A stretch of 64,000 nucleotides of DNA from Eledone cirrhosa. Lineage: Eukaryota. Positions 49,129 to 61,100 of the stretch are shown piece after piece. The position numbers were made by a program, and so were the translations under genes. Position 1 is the stretch's first letter. Each line of letters opens with the position of its first letter. The notes below the pieces were generated by a model, which had not been told where the DNA came from, searched no databases, and saw only the letters and a list, made by a program, of their open reading frames with translations. Where the stretch lies: assembly GCA_964016885.1 (NCBI GenBank), contig OZ024744.1, positions 44,392,001 through 44,456,000 of the forward strand. The letters are read 5' to 3'.

Positions 49129-52100
49129 CGGCTTAATACTGGATATTTGTTTACAAACACACCGAGCATTATAATAAATGTTCGGTGAATCCATACGTGC
49201 ATATATATATGTGTGCATGTATGTATATATATACATACTACTGTACGTCTGTATACATATATGGATGTACGTGTACATACTTATATTTAAGTAACAGCCG
49301 TACTAAGAGTGGTAAATGAAATTCCGTTTCATTTTTTCCGTTTATCGTTTTCGGTGCGCCTGGCCGATTAACCGACTCGATATGCAAATTGGGCTACTCA
49401 GCTGTTAATATGCATAAAGTAAGTATATACGTTCAACAATCTGGCAGGAACGTATACGGTGCTGACGATAGCTAATAAGCTTGAAACTAGTACAGCATTC
49501 CTTTGTCAGTATTGAACAAACGAGTAACGATGCTTGCTAGACACTACGGCTTAATACGGGATCTTTGTTTACAAACACACCGAGCATTATAGTAAATGTT
49601 CTGTGAATCCATACGTGCATATATATATGTGTGCATGTATGTATATATATATATACATACTACTGTACGTCTTTATACATATATGTATGTACGTGTACAT
49701 ACTTATTTTTAAAATCAGCCGTACTAAGAGTGGGAAATGAAATTTCGTTTCATCTTTTCCGTTTATCGTTTTCGGTGCACCCGGCCGATTAACCCACTCG
49801 ATATGCAAATTGGGCTACTCAGCCGTTAATATGCATGAGGTAAGTTGTACGTTCAACAATCTGGTGTAAGGTATACGTTGCTGAAGATAGCTAATAAGTT
49901 TGAAACTAGTACAGCGTTCCTTTGAGAGTTTTGACAAACGAGCAACGATGGTTGCTAGACACTATGGCTTAATACGGGATGTTTGTTTACAAACACAGCG
50001 AGCATTATAATAAATGTACGGTGAATCCATATGTGCATATATATATATATATATGTGTGTGCATGTATTTATATATATATACATACTACTGTACGTCTGT
50101 ATACATATATGTATGTACGTGTACATACTTATATTTAAGTAACAGCCGTACTAAGACTGGGAAATGAAATTTCGTTTCATTTTTTCGCTTTATCGTTTTC
50201 AGTGAACCCAGCCGATTAACCAACTCGATATGCAAATTGGGCTACTCAGTCGTTAATATGCATAAGGTAAGTATATACATTCAACAATCTGGCAGGAAGG
50301 TATACGTTGTTGACGATAACTAATAAGCTTGAAACTAGTACAGCGTTCTTTTGTGAGTGTTGAACAAACGAGCAAAGATGGTTGCTACACACTACGGCTT
50401 AATACGGGATGTTTGTTTACAAACACACCGAGCATTATAATAAATGTTCGGTGAATCCATACGTGCATTTATATATGTGTGCATGTATGTATATATATAT
50501 ACATAATACTGTAAGTCTGTATACATATATCTATGTACGTGTACAGACTTATATTTAAGTACCAGCCGTACTAAGAGTGGGAAATGAAATTTCGTTTCAT
50601 TTTTACCGTTTATCGTTTTCGTTGCACCTGGCTGATTAACCCACTCGATATGCAAATTGGGCTACTCAGCCGTTAATATGCATAAGGTAAGTTGTACGTT
50701 CAACAATCTGGTGTGAGGTATACGTTGCTGAAGATAGCTAATAAGTTTGAAACTAGTACAGCGTTCCTTTGACAGTTTTGACAAACGAGAAACGATGGTT
50801 GCTAGACACTATGGCTTAATACGGTATGTCTGTTTACAAACACAGCGAGCATTATAATAAATCTTCGGTGAATCCATACGTGCATATATATATGTATGCA
50901 TGTATGTATATATATACATAATACTGTACGTCTGTATACATATATCTATGTACGTGTACAGACTTATATCTAAGTACCAGCCTTACTAATAGTTGGAAAT
51001 GAAATTTCGTTTCATTTTTTCCGTTTATCGTTTCGGTGCACCCGGCCGGTTTCCCCACTCGACATGCAAATTGGGCTACTCAGCCGTTAATATGCATAAG
51101 GTAAGTATATACGTTCAACAATCTGGCAGGAAGGTATACGTTGCTGACGATAGCTAATAAGCTTGAAACTAGTACAGCGTTCCTTTGTCAGTGTTGAACA
51201 AACGAGCAACGATGGTTGCTACATACTACGGCTTAATACGGGATGTTTGTGTACAAACACACCGAGCATTATAATAAATGTTCTGTGAATCCATACGTGC
51301 ATCTATATATGTGTGCATGTATGTATATATATACATACTACTGTACGTCTGTATACATATATGTATGTACGTGTACATACTTATATTTAAAAACAGCCGT
51401 ACTAAGAGTGGGAAATGAAATTTCGTTTCATTTTTTCCCTTTATCATTTTCGGTGCACCCGGCCGATTAACCCACTCGATATGCAAATTGGGCTACTCAG
51501 CCGTTAATATGCATAAGGTAAGTATATACGTTCAACATTCTAGCAGGAAGGTATACGTTGCTGACGATAGCTAATAAGCTTGAAACTAGTACAGCGTTCC
51601 TTTGTCAGTGTTGAACAAACGAGCAACGATGGTTGCTACATACTACGGCTTAATACGGGATGTTTGTGTACAAACACACCGAGCATTATAATAAATGTTC
51701 TGTGAATCCATACGTGCATCTATATATGTGTGCATGTATGTATATATATACATACTACTGTACGTCTGTATACATATATGTATGTACGTGTACATACTTA
51801 TATTTAAAAACAGCCGTACTAAGAGTGGGAAATGAAATTAGGTTTCATTTTTTCCGTTTATCGTTTTCGGTGCACCTGGCCGATTAACCCTCTAGATATG
51901 CAAATTGGGTTACTCAGCCGTTAATATGCATAAGGTAAGTATATACGTTCAACATTCTAGCAGGAAGATATACGTTGCTGACGATAGCTAATAAGCTTGA
52001 AACTAGTACAGCGTTCCTTTGTCAGTGTTGAACAAACGAGCAACGATGGTTGCTAGACACTATGGCTTAATACGGGATGTTTGTTTACAAACACAGCGAG

Positions 52101-52129
52101 CATTATAATAAATGTACGGTGAATCCATA

Positions 52130-52170
<41 letters not shown>

Positions 52171-55100
52171 ATGTATGTATATATATATACATACTACTGT
52201 ACGTCTGTATACATATATGTATGTACGTGTACATACTTATATTTAAGTAACAGCCGTACTAAGCCTGGGAAATGAAATTTCGTTTCATTTTTTCGGTTTA
52301 TCGTTTTCAGTGAACCCGGCCGATTAACCAACTCGATATGCAAATTGGGCTACTCAGTCGTTAATATGCATAAGGTAAGTATATACGTTCAACAATCAGG
52401 CAGGAAGGTATACGTTGTTGACGATAACTAATAAGCTTGAAACAAGTACAGCGTTCTTTTGTGAGTGTTGAACAAACGAGCAAAGATGGTTGCTAGACAC
52501 TACGGCTTAATACGGGATGTTTGTTTACAAACACACCGAGCATTATAATAAATGTTCGGTGAATCCATACGTGCATTTATATATGTGTGCATGTATGTAT
52601 ATATATATACATAATACTGTAAGTCTGTATACATATATCTATGAACGTGTACAGACTTATATTTAAGTACCAGCCGTACTAAGAGTGGGAAATGAAATTT
52701 CGTTTCATTTTTACCATTTATCGTTTTCGTTGCACCTGGCTGATTAACCCACTCGATATGCAAATTGGGCTACTCAGCCGTTAATATGCATAAGGTAAGT
52801 TGTACGTTCAACAATCTGGTGTGAGGTATACGTTGCTGAAGATAGCTAAAAAGTTTGAAACTAGTACAGCGTTCCTTTGACAGTTTTGACAAACGAGAAA
52901 CGATGGTTGCTAGACACTATGGCTTAATACGGTATGTTTGTTTACAAACACAGCGAGCATTATAATAAATCTTCGGTGAATCCATACGTGCATATATATA
53001 TGTGTGCATGTATGTATATATATACATAATACTGTACGTCTGTATACATATATCTATGTACGTGTACAGACTTATATCTAAGTAACAGCCGTACTAAGCC
53101 TGGGAAATGAAATTTCGTTTCATTTTTTCGGTTTATCGTTTTCAGTGAACCCGGCCGATTAACCAACTAGACATGCAAATTGGGCTACACAGCCGTTAAT
53201 ATGCATAAGGTAAGTATATACGTTCAACAATCTGGCAGGAAGGTATACGTTGCTGACGATAGCTAATAAGCTTGAAACTAGTACAGCGTTCCTTTGACAG
53301 TGTTGAACAAACGAGCAACGATGGTTGCTACATACAACGGCTTAATACGGTATGTTTGTTTACAAACACAGCGAGCATTATAATAAATCTTCGGTGAATC
53401 CATACGTGCATATATATATGTGTGCATGTATGTATATATATATACATAATACTGTACGTCTGTATACATATATCTATGTACGTGTACAGACTTATATCTA
53501 AGTACCAGCCGTACTAAGAGTTGGAAATGAAATTTCGTTTCATTTTTTCCGTTTATCGTATCGGTGCACCCGGCCGGTTTCCCCACTCGACATGCAAATT
53601 GGGCTACTCAGCCGTTAATATGCATAAGGTAAGTATATACGTTCAACATTCTGGCAGGAAGGTATACGTTGCTGACGATAGCTAATAAGCTTGAAATTAG
53701 TACAGCGTTCCTTTGTGAGTGCTGAACAAACGAGCAACGATGGTTACCAGACACTACGGCATAATCCGGGATGTTTGTTTACAAACACACCGAGAATTAT
53801 AATAAATGTTCTGTGAATCCATACGTGCATATATATATATGTGTGCATGTATGTATATATATATATATATACATACTACTGTACGTCTGTATACATATAT
53901 GTATGTACGTGTACATACTTATATTTAGGTAACAGTCGTACTAAGAGTGGAAATGATATTTCGTTTCATCTTTTCCGTTTATCGTTTTCTGTGCACCCGG
54001 CCGATTAACCCACTCGATATGCAAATTGAGCTACTCTGCCGTTAATATGCATAAGGTAAGTATATACGTTCAACAATCTGGCAGGAAGGTATACGTTGCT
54101 GACGATAGCTAATAAGCTTGAAACTAGCACAGTGTTCCTTTGTCAATGTTGAACAAATGAGCAACGATGGTTACTAGACACTACGGCTTAATACGTGATG
54201 TTTGTTTACAAACACACCGAGCATTGTAATAAATGTTCGGTGAATCCATACGTGCATATATTAATGTGTGCATGTATGTATATATATATACATACTACTG
54301 TACGTCTGTATACATATATGTATGTACGCGTACATACTTATACTTAAAAAAAAGCCGTACTAAGAGTAGGAAATGAAATTTCGTTTCATTTTTTCCGTTT
54401 ATCGTTTTCGGTGCACCCGGCCGATTAACACACTCGATATGCAAATTTGGCTACTCAGGCGTTAATATGCATAAGGTTAGTATATACGTTCAACAATCTG
54501 GCAGGAAAGTATACGTTGTTGACGATAACTAATAAGCTTGAAACTAGTATAGCGTTCCTTTGTGAGTGTTGAAAAAACGAGCGAACGATGGTTGCTAGAC
54601 ACTACGGTTTTATACGGGATGTTTGTTTACAAACACACCGAGCATTATAATAAATAATCGGTGGATCCATACGTACATATATATATGTGTGCATGTATGT
54701 ATATATATATACAAACTACTGCACGTCTGTATACATTATTGTATGTACGTGTACATACTTATATTTAAGTAACAGCCGTACTAAGAGTGGGAAATGATAT
54801 TTCATTCCATCTTTTCCGTTTATCGTTTTCTGTGCACCCGGTCGATTAACCCACTCGATATGCAAATTGGGCTACTCAGCCGTTAATATGCATAAGGTAA
54901 GTATATACGTTCAACAATCTGGCAGGAAGGTATACGTTTCTGACGATAGCTAATAAGCTTGAAACACGTACTGCGTTCCTTTGTTAGTGTTAAATAAACG
55001 AGCAACGATGGTTGCTAGACACTACGGCTTAATACGGGATGTTTGTTTACAAACACACCGAGCATTATAATAAATGTTCGGTGAATCCATACGTGCATAT

Positions 55101-58100
55101 ATATATGTGTGCATGTATGTATATATATATACATAGTACTGTACGTCTGTATACATATATGTATGTACATGTACATACTTATATTTAAGTAACACTCGTA
55201 CTAAGAGTGGAAAATGAAATTTCGTTTTATTTTTTTTCCGTTTATCGTATTCGGTGCACCCGGCCGATTAACCCACTCGATATGCAAATTGGGCTACTCA
55301 GCCGTAAATATGCATAAGGTAAGTATATACGTTCAACAATCTGGCAGGAAGGTATACGTTGCTTACGATAGCTAATAAGCTTGAAATTAGTACAGCGTTC
55401 CTTTGTCAGTGTTGAACAAACGAGCAACGATGGTTGCTAGACACTACGGCATAATACGGGATGTTTGTTTACAAACACACCTAGCATTATAATAAATGTT
55501 CGGTGAATCCATACGTGCATATATATATATGTGTGCATGTATGTATATATATACATACTACTGTACGTCTGTATACATATATGTATGTATATGTACATAC
55601 TTATATTTAAAAACAGCCGTACTAAGAGTGGGAAATGAAGTTTCGTTTCATTTTTTCCGTTTATCGTTTTCGGTGCACCCGGCCGATTAACCCACTCGAT
55701 ATGCAAATTGTGCTACTCAGCCGTAAATATGCATAAGGTAAGTATATACGTTCAACAATCTGGCAGTAAGGTATACGTTGCTGACGATAGCTAATAAACT
55801 TGAAATTAGTACAGCGTTCCTTTGTCAGTGTTGAACAAACGAGCAACGATGGTTGCTAGACACTACGGCTTAATACGGGATGTTTGTTTACAAACAAACC
55901 GAGCATTATAATAAATCTTTGGTGAATCCATACGTGCATATATATATATATGTGTGCATGTATGTATATATATATATATAGTACTGTACGTCTGTATACA
56001 TATATGGATGTACGTGTACATACTTATATTTAAGTAACACTCGTACTAAGAGTGGAAAATGAAATTTCGTTTTATTTTTTTTCCTTTTATCGTATTCGGT
56101 GCACCCAGCCGATTATCCCACTCGATATGCAAATTGGGCTACTCAGCCGTTAATATGCATAAGGTAAGTATATACGTTCAACAATCTAGCAGGAAGGTAT
56201 ACGTTGCTGACCATAGCTAATAAGCTTGTAACTAGTACAGCGTTCCTTTGTTAGTGTTGAACAAACGAGCAACTATGGTTACTAGACACTACGGCTTAAT
56301 ACGGGATGTTTGTTTAGAAACAAACCGAGCATTATAATAAATCTTCGGTGAATCCATACGTGCATATATATATATGTGTGCATGTATGTTTATATATGTA
56401 CATACTACTGTACGTCTGTATACATATATGTAAGTACGTGTACATACTTATATTTAAAAACAGCCGTACTAAGAGTGGGAAATGAAATTTCGTTTCATTT
56501 TTTCCGTTTATCGTTTTCGGTGCACCTGGCCGATTAACCCACTAGATATGCTAATTGGGCTACACAGCCGTTAATATGCATAAGGTAAGTATATACGTTC
56601 AACAATCTGGCAGGAAGGTATACGTTGCTGACGATAGCTAATAAGCTTGTAACTAGTACAGCGTTCCTTTGTCAGTGTTGAACAAACGAGCAACGATGGT
56701 TGCTAGACACTACGGCTTAATACGGGATGTTTGTTTACAAACACACCGAGCATTATAATAAATGTTCGGTGAATCCATACGTGCATATATATATATGTGT
56801 GCATGTATGTTTATATATATACATACTACTGTACGTCTGTGTACATATATGTATGTACGTGTACATACTTATATTTAAGTAATAGCCATACTAAGAGTGG
56901 GAAATGAAATTTCGTTTCATCTTTTCCATTTATCGTTTTCGTAGCACCCGGCCGATTAACCCACTCGATATGCAAATTGGGCTACTCAACCGTTAATATG
57001 CATAAGGTAAATAAATACGTTCAACAATCTGGCAGGAAGGTATACGTTGCTGACGATAGCTAATAAGCTTGAAACTAGTACATCGTTCCTTTGTCAGTGT
57101 TGAACAAACGAGCAACGATGGTTGCTAGACACTACGGCTTAATACGGGATGTTTGTTTACAAACGCACCGAGTATTATAATAAATGTTCGGTGAATCCAT
57201 ACGTGCATATATATATATATATGTGTGCATGTATGTATATATATATACATAGTACTGTACGTCTGTATACATATATGGATGTACGTGTACATACTTATAT
57301 TTAAGTAATAGCCGTACTAAGAGTGGAAAATGAACTTTCGTTTTATTTTTTTTTTCGTTTATCGTATTCGGGCACCCGGCCGATTATCCTACTCGATATG
57401 CAAATTGGGCTACTCAGCCGTTAATATGCATAAGGTAAGTATATACGTTCCACAATCTAGCAGGAAGGTATACGTTGCTGACGATAGCTAATAAGCTTGA
57501 AACTAGTACAGCGTTCCTTTGTCAGTGTTGAACAAACGAGCAGCGATGGTTTCTAGACACTACGGTTTAATACGGGATGTTTGTTTACAAACACACCGAG
57601 AATTATAATAAATGTTCGGTGAATCCATACGTGCATATATATATGTGTGCATGTATGTATATATATACATACTACTGGAAGTCTGTATACATATATGTAT
57701 GTACGTGTACATACTTATATTTAAAAACAGCCGTACTAAGAGTGGCAAATGAAATTTCGTTTCATCTTTTCCATTTATCGTTTTCGTAGCACCCGGCCGA
57801 TTATCCCACTCGATATGCACATTGGGCTACTCAGCCGTTAATATGCATAAGGTAAGTATATATGTTCAACAATCTAGCAGGAAGGTATACGTTGCTGACG
57901 ATAGCTAATAAGCTTGAAACCAGTACAGCGTTCCTTTGTCAGTGTTGAACACACGAGCAACGATGTTTTCTAGACACTACGGCTTAATACGGGATGTTTG
58001 TTTACAAACATACCGAGAATTATAATAAATGTTCGGTGAATCCATACGTGCATATATATATGTGTGTATGTATGTAGATATATACATACTACTGGAAGTC

Positions 58101-61100
58101 TGTATACATATATGTATGTACGTGTACATACTTATATTTAAAAACAGCCGTACTAAGAGTGGGAAATGAAATTTCGTTTCATTTTTCCGTTTATCGTTTT
58201 CGGCGCACCTGGCCGATTAACCCACTCGATATGCAAATTGGGCTACTCAGCCGCTAACATGCATAAGGTAAGTATATACGTTCAACAATCTGGCAGGAAG
58301 GTATACGTTGCTGACGATAGCTAATAAGCTTGAAACTAGTATAGCGTTCCTTTGTGAGTGTTGAACAAACGAGCAACGATGGTTGCTAGACACTACGGCT
58401 GTATACGGGATGTTTTTTTACAATCACACCGAGCATTATAATTAATGTACGCTGAATCCATACGTGCATATATATACATATATGTGTACATGTATATATA
58501 TATATATACACATACTACTGTACGTCTGTATACATATATGTATGTACGTGTACATACTTACATTTAAAACAGCCGTACTAAGAGTGGGAAATGAAATTTC
58601 GTTTCATTTTTCCGTTTATCGTTTTCGGTGCACCCGGCCGATTAACCCACTCGATATGCAAATTGGGCTACTCAGCCGTTAATATGCATAAGGTAAGTAT
58701 ATACGTTCAACAATCTAGCAGGAAGGTATACGTTGCTGACCATAGCTAATAAGCTTGTAACTAGTACAGCGTTCCTTTGTTAGTGTTGAACAAACGAGCA
58801 ACTATGGTTACTAGACACTACGGCTTAACAGGGGATGTTTGTTTACAAACAAACCGAGCATTATAATAAATCTTCGGTGAATCCATACGTGCATATATAA
58901 ACGTGTGCATGTATGTATATATATATACATAATACTGTACGTCTGTAGACATATATCTATATACGTGTACATACTTATATTTAAGTAACAGCGGTACTAA
59001 ATGTGGGAAATGAAATTTCGTTTCATCTTTTCCGTTTATCGTTTTCGGTGCACCCGGCCGATTAACCCACTCGATATGCAAATTGTGCTACTCAGCCGTA
59101 AATATGCATAAGGTAAGTATATACGTTCAACAATCTGGCAGGAAGGTATACGTTGCTGACGATAGCTAATAAGCTTGAAATTAGTACAGCGTTCCTTTGT
59201 CAGTGTTGAACAAACGAGCAACGATGGTTGCTAGACACTACGGCTTAATACGGGATGTTTGTTTACAAACACACCGAGCATTATAATAAATGTTCTGTGA
59301 ATCCATACGTGCATATATATATATATGTGTGCATGTATGTTTATATATATACATACTACTGTACGTCTGTGTGCATATATGTATGTACGTGTACATACTT
59401 ATATTTAAGTAACAGCCGTACTAAGAGTGGGAAATGAAATTTCGTTTCATCTTTTCCATTTATCGTTTTCGTAGCACCCGGCCGATTAACCCACTCGATA
59501 TGCAAATTGGGCTACTCAACCGTTAATATGCATAAGGTAAATAAATACGTTCAATAATCTGGCAGGAAGGTATACGTTGCTGACGATAGCTAATAAGCTT
59601 GAAACTAGTACAGCGTTCCTTTGTCAGTGTTGCACAAACGAGCAACGATGGTTGCTAGACACTACAGCTTAATACGGGATGTTTGTTTACAAACACACCG
59701 AGCATTATAATAAATGTTCGGTGAATCCATACGTACATATATATGTGTGTGCATGTATGTATATATATATAAATAGTACTGTACGTCTGTATACATATAT
59801 GTATGTACGTGTACATACTTATATTTAAGTAACACTCGTACTAAGAGTGGAAAATGAAATTTCGTTTTATTTTTTTTCCTTTTATCGTATTCGGTGCACC
59901 CGGCCGATTATCCCACTCGATATGCAAATTGGGCTACTCATCCGTTAATATGCATAAGGTAAGTATATACGTTCAACAATCTGGCAGGAAGGTATACGTT
60001 GCTGACGATAGCTAATAAGCTTGAAATTAGTACAGCGTTCCTTTGTCAGTGTTGAACAAACGATCAACGATGGTTTTTGACAGTACGGCTTAATACGGGA
60101 TGTTTGTTTACAAACACACCGAGCATTATAATAAATGTTCGGTGAATCCATACGTGCATATATATATATGTGTGCATGGATGTATATATATACAAACTAC
60201 TGTACGTCTGTATACATATATGTATGTACGTGTACATACTTATATTTAAGTAACAGCGGTACTAAGTGTGGGAAATGAAATTTCGTTTCATCTTTTCCGT
60301 TTATCGTTTTCGGTGCACCCGGCCGATTAACCCACTCGATATGCAAATTGTGCTACTCAGCCGTAAATATGCATAAGGTAAGTATATACGTTCAACAATC
60401 TGGCAGGAAGGTATACGTTGCTGACGATAGCTAATAAGCTTGAAATTAGTACAGCGTTTCTTTGTGAGTGTTGAACAAACGACCAACGATGGTTGCTAGA
60501 CACTACGGCTTAATACGGGATGTTTGTTTACAAACACACCGAGCATTATAATAAATGTTCTGTGAATCCATACGTGCATATATATATGTGTGTGCATGTA
60601 TGTTTATATATATACATACTACTGTACGTCTGTGTACATATATGTATGTACGTGTACATACTTATATTTAAGTAATAGCCGTACTAAGAGTGGGAAATGA
60701 AATTTCGTTTCATCTTTTCCATTTATCGTTTTCGTAGCACCCGGCCGATTAACCCACTCGATATGCAAATTGGGCTACTCAACCGTTAATATGCATAAGG
60801 TAAATAAATACGTTCAACAATCTGGCAGGAAGGTATACGTTGCTGACGATAGCTAATAAGCTTGAAACTAGTACATCGTTCCTTTGTCAGTGTTGAACAA
60901 ACGAGCAACGATGGTTGCTAGACACTACGGCTTAATACGGGATGTTTGTTTACAAACGCACCGAGTATTATAATAAATGTTCGGTGAATCCATACGTGCA
61001 TATATATATATATGTGTGCATGTATGTATATATATATACATAGTACTGTACGTCTGTATACATATATGGATGTACGTGTACATACTTATATTTAAGTAAC

